64,000 nt of DNA from Flavobacteriales bacterium. Lineage in GTDB: Bacteria > Bacteroidota > Bacteroidia > Flavobacteriales_F > PHOS-HE28. The notes beneath the pieces were generated by a model, which was not told where the DNA came from, did no database searches, and worked only from the letters and a program-made list of their open reading frames with translations. The stretch covers positions 200,948 through 264,947 of the forward strand of contig JADJVC010000001.1 of the NCBI GenBank assembly GCA_016710685.1, in the 5' to 3' direction. This document shows, piece after piece, positions 9,167 through 18,813 of the stretch. Position 1 is the stretch's first letter; each line of letters opens with the position of its first letter. A program made the translations under genes and the position numbers.

Positions 9167-11221
9167 ATGAAAGCATTTTACCTCCCCTTCGCCTTTGCCG
9201 CGCTTGCCGCAGTAACGGCCTCCGCGCAGTACAGCGCGACCATCACCATTACGGACTTCAGTACCGGTTTGCCGGTGGAGAATGCGACTGTTGCGCGCGG
9301 TGGCACTTCCATGACCACGAATGCAGCCGGTCAAGCCATTTTCCCCGGATTGCCGAACAACACGTACAGCTTTTCCGTGACCGCCACATGCTACTATCCC
9401 GGTGCCGGAATGATCACGATCGCTGGTGCCAATGCCGCGACATCCCTGGGACTGGATCCCATGGCCACCAACAACCTGTTCTTCTTCATCGGCGACCCGA
9501 TGGCGATCACGAGTGCATTCGTTGAAGTGACCAACGGAGGCAACTACTACGCGAGCTTCACGACGTTCGACACCTTCGGCGGCGAAATGCTGGCGGATGT
9601 GCCCTTCGGCGAAATGAGCTATACGATCACTACGCCCTGCTACGAAACGGTGACCGGCACAGTAACGGTTGATTGCAACAACGGCGACGGCATCGCGGTT
9701 TTTGAGAATCCGGGACCGGCCACCACTAACAACCTGTTCTTCTTCATCGGCGACCCGATGGCGATCACAGGCGCATTTGTTGAAGTGACCAACGGAGGCA
9801 ACTACTACGCGAGCTTCACGACATTCGACACCTTCGGCGGCGAAATGCTGGCGGACGTTCCCTTCGGCGAAATGAGCTATACGATCACGACGCCGTGCTA
9901 CGAAACGGTGACCGGCACAGTAACGGTTGATTGCAATAACGGCGACGGCATCGCGGTTTTTGAGAACCCGGCCCCAGCCACCACCAACAACCTGTTCTTC
10001 TTCATCGGCGACCCGATGGCGATCACGGGTGCATTCGTTGAAGTGACCAACGGTGGCAACTACTACGCGAGCTTCACGACATTCGACACCTTCGGCGGCG
10101 AAATGCTGGCGGACGTTCCCTTCGGCGAAATGAGCTATACGATCACCACACCGTGCTACGAAACAGTGACCGGCACAGTAACGGTTGATTGCAACAACGG
10201 CGACGGCATCGCGGTTTTTGAGAACCCGGCCCCGGCCACCACCAACAATCTCTTCTTCTATATCGGCGATCCGCTGGCGATCATCGGTGCATTCGTTGAA
10301 GTGACCAACGGTGGCAACTACTACGCGAGTTTCACGACGTTCGACACCTTCGGCGGCGAAATGCTGGCGGACGTGCCCTTCGGTGAAATGTCCTACACCA
10401 TCACCACGCCGTGCTTTGAAACGGTCACCGGCACGGTGATGGTTGATTGCAACAACGGCGACGGTATCTTGGTGGCAGCCGATCCAGGACCCGCAACCAT
10501 GAACAATTTGTTCTTCTACATCGGCGACCCGCTGGCGATTCTTGGTGCTACAGTGAATGTGACCGATGGCGGTAGCTACAATGAGAGCTTCGTGACGTTC
10601 GACACCTTCGGCGGCGAAATGCTGGCGGATGTGCCCTTCGGCGAGATGAGCTACATGATCAGCGCACCTTGCTACGAGACCGTGACCGGAACAGTGACGG
10701 TGGACTGCAACAATGGTGACGGCATTGCGATCTTCACCAATCCTGAACCGGTCGTCTTGGACGTTACAGTCGACGTGTCCGGGAATACCCTCATGGCCGC
10801 AGCCACCGGCATGGAGTACCAATGGGTGGATTGCGATAATGGCAATGCCCCGATCGATGGTGCCACGGCACAGAGTTTCCAGCCTACGGAAAATGGCAAC
10901 TATGCCGTGGTGATTTCCGACGGGGACTGCTCGCAAACCTCAACCTGCACAGCGGTGATCGTTACCGGGGTTGACCAGGTCGAAGGCCGGGATGCTTTCG
11001 CAGTTTACCCCAATCCGTTCGCTGACAGGCTCACTGTTCGAACCAATGGAAAGTTGGGTCCCGTCCGTGTGGAACTCCTCAGCTTGACCGGCCAAGTAAT
11101 CCTGGACGAGAGCGGCTCCGGCATGGAGATCAGCTTGCTGACTTCGGAGCTTCCTTCCGGTAGCTACTTGCTGCGTCTTTCGTCGGAAAGCGCCCGCACA
11201 ACGATCAGCGTGGTGAAGTAA
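9167..11221 (+). CDS. T9SS cargo protein containing five tandem 86-aa repeats and Por_Secre_tail CTD
   Basis: Signal peptide MKAFYLPFAFAALAAVTASAQ; repeat TNNLFFFIGDPMAIT...CNNGDGIAVFENPAPAT x5; C-terminal FAVYPNPFADRLTV...TISVVK CTD. Confidence 0.8.
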   Translation: MKAFYLPFAFAALAAVTASAQYSATITITDFSTGLPVENATVARGGTSMTTNAAGQAIFPGLPNNTYSFSVTATCYYPGAGMITIAGANAATSLGLDPMATNNLFFFIGDPMAITSAFVEVTNGGNYYASFTTFDTFGGEMLADVPFGEMSYTITTPCYETVTGTVTVDCNNGDGIAVFENPGPATTNNLFFFIGDPMAITGAFVEVTNGGNYYASFTTFDTFGGEMLADVPFGEMSYTITTPCYETVTGTVTVDCNNGDGIAVFENPAPATTNNLFFFIGDPMAITGAFVEVTNGGNYYASFTTFDTFGGEMLADVPFGEMSYTITTPCYETVTGTVTVDCNNGDGIAVFENPAPATTNNLFFYIGDPLAIIGAFVEVTNGGNYYASFTTFDTFGGEMLADVPFGEMSYTITTPCFETVTGTVMVDCNNGDGILVAADPGPATMNNLFFYIGDPLAILGATVNVTDGGSYNESFVTFDTFGGEMLADVPFGEMSYMISAPCYETVTGTVTVDCNNGDGIAIFTNPEPVVLDVTVDVSGNTLMAAATGMEYQWVDCDNGNAPIDGATAQSFQPTENGNYAVVISDGDCSQTSTCTAVIVTGVDQVEGRDAFAVYPNPFADRLTVRTNGKLGPVRVELLSLTGQVILDESGSGMEISLLTSELPSGSYLLRLSSESARTTISVVK
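9467..10757 (+). repeat. Five tandem 258-bp direct repeats inside the CDS; copies 1-3 nearly identical at DNA level, copies 4-5 diverged
   Basis: AACAACCTGTTCTTCTTCATCGGC recurs at 9470, 9728, 9986, 10244 and 10502, an exact 258-bp period. Confidence 0.9.
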
Positions 11222-11242
11222 ACGGAACCTTAAAATAGGGAA

Positions 11243-11279
11243 GGGGCCGCCTCAGTTCGAGGCGGCCCCTTTTTCGTTT
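11243..11279. terminator. Rho-independent terminator hairpin (GGGGCCGCCTC-AGTTC-GAGGCGGCCCC + T-run) between convergent genes
   Basis: Perfect 11-bp GC-rich stem followed by TTTTTCGTTT, immediately after the stop at 11221. Confidence 0.7.
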
Positions 11280-11359
11280 GTCGAAGAAAGTTGTCATGCC
11301 GGGCTTGCCCGGGATCGCATTCGCCTGTGTCGAAAAATAAGCGTATGGGCATAACGTTG

Positions 11360-11566
11360 CTACAACCCCAACTTCTTCACCAGCGCACCAACCTCAGCCT
11401 CCGTGCTGCGTAACATTTCGTTGCAAAAGGTGATCAACACCACGGCCCTTTTCACCTTGCCGGTGAGCGCGTCCACGGAGATCTTGTCCTCTTGCAGGTC
11501 CTGCATGATGCCCTCCAGCTCCGTGAAGGCTTTTTCGTAGGTGAGCTTGTCTTCAACCTTTTCCAT
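11360..11566 (-). CDS. xseB: Exodeoxyribonuclease VII small subunit
   Basis: MEKVEDKLTYEKAFTELEGIMQDLQEDKISVDAL..., a ~69-aa XseB-like helical protein that overlaps the xseA stop. The track ORF 11360..11611 has a longer alternative start. Confidence 0.8.
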   Translation of the reverse strand: MEKVEDKLTYEKAFTELEGIMQDLQEDKISVDALTGKVKRAVVLITFCNEMLRSTEAEVGALVKKLGL

Positions 11567-12935
11567 GGCGTTCAATGTTTTTGATGGTGGACCAGGCTTT
11601 CCCGCTGGCAAAGGTCGTTTCCACTTCGTCGCCGGGCTTTAGCGTGCCGGGGTCTTTTATGGCGTGCCCGTCTTTGCGGGTAATGCTGAAGCCGCGGTGG
11701 AGGAGCTTTTCGGGCGAGAGGAATTGGATCGCATCGTCCATGCCTTGCAGGCGGCCGAGCAGAAGCTGAAAGCCGCGTTGCGCAATCCCCGATAACGAGC
11801 CGCTCATTTCGCGGATCCGTGCGGCTTCAACCTGTGCCAGTTTGTGGCGCGGCAACAGTGCGAGGTCGTGGGCAAACGTTTCCAGCACGCGGCTTGAAAC
11901 GGCGATCTTGTCCGTTACGCTTCGCGCGAATTGGCCCGTAGTGGTGTGCAACAGTCCGCGCTCATTCCTGCAACGTGCCGTGGGCCGCATAATTACCATT
12001 TCCGTGAAGGTGCTCAATCCTTCCTTCCGTGCCGTAAAATCGGTGAGCATGGCGTTGTGGATCTGCACCAGCATGCCCGTCATCGAGGTCTCGAAGTACA
12101 TGGCCCGGTCAACAAAAAAATCCGCGACAGCAGTGGGCGTTTTGTGGTGCCCCTTTGCAATAAGGTCCAACACAGAAACGTCCACGTCGTGCCCGATACC
12201 TGTGAGCACAGGGATGCGCATTTGCGCCGCCACGCGCGCCAGCTCCAGGTCGTTGAACGGTTCCAAGTCCAGTTTACTGCCGCCGCCACGGATCAACACC
12301 ACGGCATCAAATTTTGTGGGGTCAATGGCGGCAAGCGCGGCACGGAGTTCCCCCGCCGCAGCCTCGCCTTGTACCACGGCGTTGAACAAACGCACATGGA
12401 AACGATAGCCGTGTTCGTTGTGCTCCAAGTGCTTCATGAAATCCGTGTAAGCCGCAGTGCCCTGCGAGGCTATCAACGCGATGCGCTGCACCACCAGCGG
12501 CATGCGAATGAACCGGTTCCTATCGTATAGGCCTTCTTCCTTCAGCGTTGCGATGGTTTCCCGCTTGCGCCGCTCCAGTTCGCTGATGTTGAAGCTCAGG
12601 TCGATCTGTTCAATCACCAAGCTCAGCCCAAAAACCAAGTGGTAGTTGGTCTTGGCCAAGAAAAGGATCTCCACGCCGTCCTTCAGGATGTTGCGGCTTT
12701 CACCGCCTAATTCCTGCCGGATGCGGTTCAACGCGGACATCCAGATCGCGCCACGCATCACGGCCACTTTCTCGCCGTCCTGATGTTGCACAAGTTCCAA
12801 GTACGCATGTTTGCCCACGTTGATGGCAGCGATCTCCGCCTTCACCCAGAACGATGCTCCATGCGTAGCCTCCTCGATCCGTTGCTTGATCGCGGTGCCG
12901 ACCTGGCGTAGGGTGTAGATCTTGCGCTCCTCCAT
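11553..12935 (-). CDS. xseA: Exodeoxyribonuclease VII large subunit
   Basis: 460 aa; OB-fold N-terminus and catalytic core (IRGGGSKLDLEPFNDLELARVAAQMRIPVLTGIGHDVDVSVLD) typical of XseA. Confidence 0.9.
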   Translation of the reverse strand: MEERKIYTLRQVGTAIKQRIEEATHGASFWVKAEIAAINVGKHAYLELVQHQDGEKVAVMRGAIWMSALNRIRQELGGESRNILKDGVEILFLAKTNYHLVFGLSLVIEQIDLSFNISELERRKRETIATLKEEGLYDRNRFIRMPLVVQRIALIASQGTAAYTDFMKHLEHNEHGYRFHVRLFNAVVQGEAAAGELRAALAAIDPTKFDAVVLIRGGGSKLDLEPFNDLELARVAAQMRIPVLTGIGHDVDVSVLDLIAKGHHKTPTAVADFFVDRAMYFETSMTGMLVQIHNAMLTDFTARKEGLSTFTEMVIMRPTARCRNERGLLHTTTGQFARSVTDKIAVSSRVLETFAHDLALLPRHKLAQVEAARIREMSGSLSGIAQRGFQLLLGRLQGMDDAIQFLSPEKLLHRGFSITRKDGHAIKDPGTLKPGDEVETTFASGKAWSTIKNIERHGKG

Positions 12936-13057
12936 TCTTCGGCCATGCCGACTAATCCGTCAAACCGGAATTAGCAAGTGTAGTGACTTTGCCGGTTGAT
13001 CCGAACTCCGGGTCCGCCGCGCGAGACCCGGAGAGAGTCCGACCCAAGACTCACGAC

Positions 13058-14104
13058 TCAATTGAAAACAAACCCGCCCGGAATTGTTCCCGCCAAAAAC
13101 GTGTTCACAACGGAGCCATCCGGCCGGTAGCGGTAAACCGTGCCCCGTTGCACGTAATCGCTTGCATCGGCCACGTACAAGATGCCTGTTTGCGGCTCCA
13201 CACCGATCGCATTGAAGTTCCGTCCTGCCGCGGCCACGAATGCGCTGGACGGCAATGCAGCGCTGGCGATCGCCATGCGGAACACGTCGCCGTTCAGGTA
13301 GTACAACGTGTCCTTACTGCTGTTCATCGTCAAACGCCAAGGGCTGTCGCTGGTGCTGGGGAATGGGAACACGGCCTCAACGGAATCCGCTTGCGGGTCG
13401 ATGCGATAAAGGGCAGGGGGTGTTCCGCTTCCGCCGGTGCACGCCACCCAGAGCTTGCCGTTCGTGTCTGCAACAATCGAATTGGAACCGTGACTTACTG
13501 CAATGCTGTCCTCTAGCAGGTCCGTTGCCGTGTTGATCACATAGACGTAGCTGCGGCTTTTGTTGGTCACGTACACATTGCCTTCCGCCAGCGCCAATTC
13601 TTCCGTCCAGCCGGGGCAGGGGATATGGCCTGTGATGCTGTTGCTGCCCAGGTCCACCACCGCGATGCTGTTGCCGTACAAGTCGGTGATGTAAGCCTTG
13701 TTGTCGCTTACCGGTAACAAATAGCGCGGTGAAGTGAAGCCCGTGATCGTGGCCGTGGAGACGAATGTGGTCGGGTCCACAACCACCACTTTTCCGCTGT
13801 TGTTAAGTACCACGTAGCCCTTGCCGTTGAACAGGCGCATGCTCTGGCATACGTCCCCAAGCGCCGTGCCATTGGCCGGGGCGTACAGGTCTTCCGAGGA
13901 AGTGCCGCTAGCGATGTCGTAGTAGCTCACCGTGGCATTACCGGCTTGGAAGTTGCCTTCGTTGGTAATGAATACGCCGCTGCTGCTGATTGTAGGCGGC
14001 GTGCCGGTTGGTTCTTCCGGATGATCTTTCACGCAGGATGCAAAGACCAATAGGGCGATCAACCCTAGAAGGATTTTTCGTTGGATTATGTTGTTCGCTT
14101 TCAT
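13058..14104 (-). CDS. YVTN/YncE-family beta-propeller lipoprotein, co-transcribed downstream of a TonB-dependent receptor (BtuG-like surface partner arrangement)
   Basis: Lipoprotein signal LLGLIALLVFASC; repeated ...YVVLNNSGKVVVVD / AYITDLYGNSIAVVD / NVYVTNKSRSYVYVIN blades; 4-nt overlap with the upstream receptor gene. Confidence 0.8.
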   Translation of the reverse strand: MKANNIIQRKILLGLIALLVFASCVKDHPEEPTGTPPTISSSGVFITNEGNFQAGNATVSYYDIASGTSSEDLYAPANGTALGDVCQSMRLFNGKGYVVLNNSGKVVVVDPTTFVSTATITGFTSPRYLLPVSDNKAYITDLYGNSIAVVDLGSNSITGHIPCPGWTEELALAEGNVYVTNKSRSYVYVINTATDLLEDSIAVSHGSNSIVADTNGKLWVACTGGSGTPPALYRIDPQADSVEAVFPFPSTSDSPWRLTMNSSKDTLYYLNGDVFRMAIASAALPSSAFVAAAGRNFNAIGVEPQTGILYVADASDYVQRGTVYRYRPDGSVVNTFLAGTIPGGFVFN

Positions 14105-16046
14105 TTTACTTGGACGGCCCGCACCGGTTTGTTGAACAACACCCGCACACCGAACTGATAATTCCGCATCGGCATGGGCCTGTTTTGCACGGCCTGATAA
14201 TTCTCGTCGAACAGGTTAAAGGCTTGCGCTAACCATTCCATCCGCCAGCTTTTTCCGCCGCGCATCGCGTAGGAGAGCGAGGCGTCCGCCAAGGTGAACG
14301 GTTCCAGAAATTCGCGGTTGTCCGTGCTGGTGTAGCGGTAGCCGGTGTAGTGCATGGCATAGGTGGCGCTGATGCGCTTGTAAACGATGGCCACGTCCGC
14401 ATGCCCGGAGTAGATCGGTACGTAGATCAACTGCTTGCCCACGGAAACGTCGTTCGCCACTTTGGCTTCTTCGCTAGTGGAAAGCACATAGCTCGTCATC
14501 ACGCCAAGTTTCAGGTCAACGTTGCCGACGCGCGTACGCACTTCTCCGCGCGCTTCAAGGCCGCGGCTCCAAACATTGGCGATGTTTTGGGGGCTCCAAT
14601 ACGCCGGACCCGGCAGCCAAATGATCCAATTGTCCACGTTGCGTCCAAAGGCCGTGAACTCGCCGGAAAGCACCATCTTCGAACGCACTGGTTTCCATTT
14701 TGCGGCAAGGCCAATGTCGCCGCTGTAGCCGCTTTCCGGCAACAGTGCGGGGTTGCCGCCGGGGTTCCAATACAAGTCGTTGAAGGTGGGCACGCGGTAC
14801 ACTTTGGAGACATTCGCCTTCGCGGTCAGCGTTTTTGAAAGGTCGTAGTCGCTTCCCAGTGAGACGGTGAACGGCACCGCTTGGCCCGCCATCCATTCCT
14901 GCCGCGCGGAAAAAGTGTTGCGCGAATTTCCGTCCTTGGAGTTGAGCTGGTACGACGCAAACAATGCTATGCGGTTTTGTTGCGGCCGATCCGGATAGCC
15001 TGCTGAAACAGCCTGTGCAAACGTGTTGTTGATGCCCGCATTGATCGCATGGCCGGGCTTCAATTTCAATTTCATTTCCGCCTCCATGATCAGGTTCTGC
15101 GAATGGCTGAACTCTCCCGGTGCGTTGCTGAATGCGAACCAGTCCAGTTGCTCATCGAAGTAGCCCGCACGTACGTTCCATTGCACCGTTTCACCGGTGC
15201 GCTGCCATTCGGTGGTCATGCGCCAAGTTTCGTCTTGCTGTCGCGCTGTGCTGTTTTCCTGTACCAGGGTAGGGGGAATGCCACGTTCGCTGTTCTGATA
15301 CCAAATGCGCAGGTTGATCCGTTGCCGCGAATTGATGCGGAAATGGTTTTCCGCCAGCAGGCCGAATTGCTGCAAGTCCGCATTGCGCTGGTTTTGCCGC
15401 GGTGCGCCGCGCACTTCGGTGTTGGCATAACTGAAGTCGTTGCGTGCTGAAGTGTTGAAGAACTTGATGGACGATGCCCAGCGCGCCGTGCTGTATGCGA
15501 TGCCCGCATCCTGCCGCTGGTCGCCAAAACTGCCGAGAGACGCGCCCGCTTCCACATCAAGCCCTCTGCTGAAGGCTGCAACATTGTCCAGCAACACCGT
15601 GCCTCCCATGGCGCCGCTACCCCACAATGCACTCGTGCCGCCGTACTGCACGCTCACGCGATCGGCCACTTGCATGGGCACCAAGGACGATCCAGCTGGC
15701 CGTTCATGGCGCTGCCAATGTTGAAGCCGTTCCACAAGATGGCCGTTTGCCCAGCACTGCCGCCACGGAACGAGGTAGTGGCCAGCGAACCTTGGCCGTA
15801 GCTCTTGATGAAGATCGGTGTCTCGTTCCGCAACAATTCACCGAGTGTGGCCGAACTGTACCGCGCCAGCGTTGCGCTGTCCACCATTTGCACTTTGATA
15901 CCCGAAGCGAATTCCTTGGCGCGCGTGCCGGTCACTGTGGCCTTGGCGAGATGCACCGTGTCCGGAAGCTCCTGCGCAACCACCACCGGGCCAAAACCCA
16001 ATACGAGCAGGCCCAGCAGAAGGTAGTTGCGAACAGCGAACGACAT
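14101..16046 (-). pseudogene. TonB-dependent receptor (plug + beta-barrel) interrupted by a single frameshift near 15690-15700 (authentic pseudogene or sequencing indel)
   Basis: The plug N-terminus (ORF 15654..16046, MSFAVRNYLLLG...NGQLD) and the rest of the plug plus barrel (ORF 14101..15735, ...LVPMQVADRVSVQYGGTSALWGSGAMGGTV...) are in different frames. The junction is in GATCG|TCC; the protein ends ...RVLFNKPVRAVQVK. Confidence 0.7.
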
Positions 16047-16086
16047 GGCGTTAATGGCGGATTCCCGACGGAACGGGGAACCGCGA

Positions 16087-16789
16087 TCACTGAATAATGA
16101 CGGTACGCTTGGTATTGCCGGCTTGCAGTATGTAAAGCCCGCTCGACAACGAGCCGATGTTGATCGCAGTGGTTCCGCCCATGATCCGGTCTTCCTGCAC
16201 CAGTTCGCCCAACGTATTGAAGATCCGCACCGGCGACCACATTGGAAGGTCGGCCTTTACATGCAACACGTCCGTGGCTGGTTGCGGGTAAATCAGCAGT
16301 GCAATGGCAGTTGAATTTTCCGCAATGGCCGTGGGCATCGCCGCAGGCACAGGCTCACTTGGCGGCAGCGCCGGATTGAAATCCGTGTACGAACAGCCGA
16401 TCCAATCGCCGTTGCCAAGTGGCTCTGCCAGGCCGTTGTTCGTTGCGAAAGTCGCAATGCTGGTGCCGCTCAAGTACTCAATAATTCGGTGCTCCGCCGA
16501 TACCAGCGTGTGATCCGTAGAAAACAGAATTCAGAAATCCGCTGACAAATTCAACTGAAAATGCGGGGTCCGCCGCAGCGATCGCATCCACCATGTCCGC
16601 GCCAGTGCCGCCGTTGTGCAGGTAGCCCCATGCGTACGCCGGGGTTGCGCTGCCGTCCTGAAAATCCACAACAAGCAAAGATGTATCAGCACCGCTGCCG
16701 ATCCAATAATGCACTTGCGAAATGTCGAATTGTGCGCACAACGGCGCGCTGGCTAAAAAGCCGAGAAATGCGGGTACGTATTTGTTCAT
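16087..16789 (-). pseudogene. Small secreted T9SS cargo protein (signal peptide + Por_Secre_tail CTD) split by a frameshift at ~16475
   Basis: ORF 16478..16789 has a signal peptide (MNKYVPAFLGFLASAPLCAQ) but no CTD; ORF 16087..16473 has a CTD (LIYPQPATDVLHVKADLPMWSPVRIFNTLGELV...) but no signal. Removing one T in AATTATTGAG joins them in frame (...GGAPNYEYLSGTSIATF...). Confidence 0.6.
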
Positions 16790-17322
16790 CCCTGTGGGTG
16801 TTTAGGTTTCCTGCCAAACCTCCAGAAAGAAAAAGTGCTTGCGCGCACGCAGAAAAAGCGGGCACTTGGGCACGCCCCTTTCCTGGAAGCGATCATCCAA
16901 TGTGCCGGTGACAGGTCTTCTGGCTCGCCATTCTCCCCGGCGCCTTCCCATCCTCCTTGCGGTGGACAGTGGCTTCGTGCCGGTTCGTTTCAGGCTTACA
17001 GCTTCAGGAAAAGCCCGGGATTTGCACCCGGTTCCCTTTTAACCCCGCTTGTTACCACGGAGATCATCAGCGCGGCGAAGGTAGGTCGTTATGGAGATCT
17101 GGTGTGGTGAGAGAAATTTCTGGTACAGCGTATCGGGTACTGGGTACCGAGTACTGCCGACCGCCTGGCGACTGCATCTGCCAGCTGCAACTGCCGACTC
17201 TTCTCAGCGCCCCTGGCTGCCGAAGGCATGCTCTGCGTCAAAAAGCTCCGTGAACCTCTGTGCCTCCGTGCCTCTGTGGTGTAAAAAACACTCCATCGCT
17301 CCCCATTACCTTTGATCTCCCT

Positions 17323-18456
17323 ATGCAAGTTCGTCTTTCCCGTCTTTCCCTCAATCAATTCCGCAACCACCGCGAGGCGAAATTGGAACTCGGTCCGCAG
17401 CTTAACTGCATCACCGGGCCCAATGGCACCGGAAAGACCAACATGCTGGATGCCGTGCATTACCTCTGCATGTGCAAAAGCTACTTCGAGGCGCAGGACA
17501 TGCACAATGTGCTCCACGGCGAGGAGTGGTTCATGCTGAAGGGAAGTATGGATTCCGCTGACGGCGTGGACGAAATTTCCTGCGCGGTGCGCAAAGGCAA
17601 ACGCAAGGCATTCACGCTGAACCGCAAGGAATACGAGCGCTTGGCCGACCATGTGGGCCGCTACCCCGTGGTGGTGATCACGCCCTACGACGGTCAACTT
17701 GTGCTGGACGGAAGTGAAGTGCGCAGGCGTTTTCTGGACGGCCTCATCGCGCAGTTCGACCGCGCTTACTTGGAATCCCTGTTGCGCTACAACCGCGCAT
17801 TGGCCCAACGCAACCTGCTGCTGAAGCAGGGCGAAGGCCGCACCCCGCGCGATACCGTTACACCCTGGGACGAACAACTTGTCATTCACGGCGAAGCGGT
17901 GTTCAATGTGCGCACGGCTTTTATGGAGCAACTCGTGCCGTTGCTCCGCACGCATTACGCGGGCATCAGCAGCGGACCCGAAGAAGTGGACCTGGTGTAC
18001 AGCAGCGGCGTTGCCGGCCATGGCATGCGCGACGTGCTGGACCACCATTGGCAACGCGACCTCGCGGCCCAATACACAACCGGCGGCATCCATAAGGACG
18101 ACCTGCTTTTTCAGATCGAGGGCCGCCCCATGAAACGTTTCGGCAGCCAAGGCCAGCAGAAAACATTCCTTATCGCGTTGAAGCTCGCCCAGTTCGACCT
18201 CACTGCGGAACGTGCCGGCAAAAAGCCCGTGCTATTGTTGGATGACATCTTCGACAAGATCGACCCCGCACGCATGCGACACCTGCTGAAGCTCTTGGGC
18301 GACGGGCGTTTCGGCCAAGTGGTGATAACAGACACCGATGCGCCACGCATGCACAAGGCACTCGATGGCCTCGGCCTCGATACCCGGTTCTTCCACTTGG
18401 AACATGAAGGAACGACCGCCGATCACGCCGGAACTTCCGCAGTGCACACCGCATGA
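17323..18456 (+). CDS. recF: DNA replication and repair protein RecF
   Basis: MQVRLSRLSLNQFRNH...ITGPNGTGKTNMLDAV (Walker A), ...LLLDDIFDKIDPAR (Walker B/D-loop region). Confidence 0.9.
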   Translation: MQVRLSRLSLNQFRNHREAKLELGPQLNCITGPNGTGKTNMLDAVHYLCMCKSYFEAQDMHNVLHGEEWFMLKGSMDSADGVDEISCAVRKGKRKAFTLNRKEYERLADHVGRYPVVVITPYDGQLVLDGSEVRRRFLDGLIAQFDRAYLESLLRYNRALAQRNLLLKQGEGRTPRDTVTPWDEQLVIHGEAVFNVRTAFMEQLVPLLRTHYAGISSGPEEVDLVYSSGVAGHGMRDVLDHHWQRDLAAQYTTGGIHKDDLLFQIEGRPMKRFGSQGQQKTFLIALKLAQFDLTAERAGKKPVLLLDDIFDKIDPARMRHLLKLLGDGRFGQVVITDTDAPRMHKALDGLGLDTRFFHLEHEGTTADHAGTSAVHTA

Positions 18457-18743
18457 AACGCCGCAATGACAGCACCATGGCACAGGCCATCGACCGCTTG
18501 GTGGACGCCTATGGGCTGCGCGAAAAATTGGACGAGCGCGAAGTGGCTTCCCTTTGGGATGAACTCGCCGGCGGCATGGTGGCCAAGCACACCGTGGCGG
18601 TGAAATTGCGAAGAGGCAAGCTCTACATCAAGGTGGACAGCGCCCCCTTGCGGCATGAGCTCACCTTCATGCGCGAAGCCCTGAAGAGCTCCGTCAACGC
18701 CCGCATGGGCCGCAACGTGGTGCAGGAAGTACTGCTTGATTGA
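18453..18743 (+). CDS. DUF721 / DciA-like small protein, typically downstream of recF
   Basis: 96 aa; ATGA overlap with the recF stop; DUF721-like ...LYIKVDSAPLRHELTFMREAL... Confidence 0.75.
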   Translation: MKRRNDSTMAQAIDRLVDAYGLREKLDEREVASLWDELAGGMVAKHTVAVKLRRGKLYIKVDSAPLRHELTFMREALKSSVNARMGRNVVQEVLLD

Positions 18744-18813
18744 GTTCCCCTCAATGTCTTTTGCCGAATGGCGAAAACACTGAGCAAAAAATCAAAGCGT
18801 ATAAACTTGCACC

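Noticed and set aside
9467-10757. Possible CRISPR array, because of regular repeats
   Set aside because: The repeats are 258 bp, contiguous with no spacers, and in frame within a CDS. They are not 25-50-bp repeats with unique spacers.
8921-10936. 671-aa minus-strand ORF with repetitive HFAAEGVE motifs
   Set aside because: It is the antisense shadow of the 258-bp tandem repeats. The plus-strand gene has a signal peptide and T9SS CTD, while the minus ORF has neither, and GC-rich repeats suppress stops.
17089-18150. 353-aa minus ORF opposite recF; also 40411..41391(+), 2173..3096(-), 4864..5679(-), 23997..24626(-), 49282..50508(-)
   Set aside because: All overlap well-supported genes on the other strand, have Arg/Ala/His-rich GC-skewed composition and no recognisable motifs.
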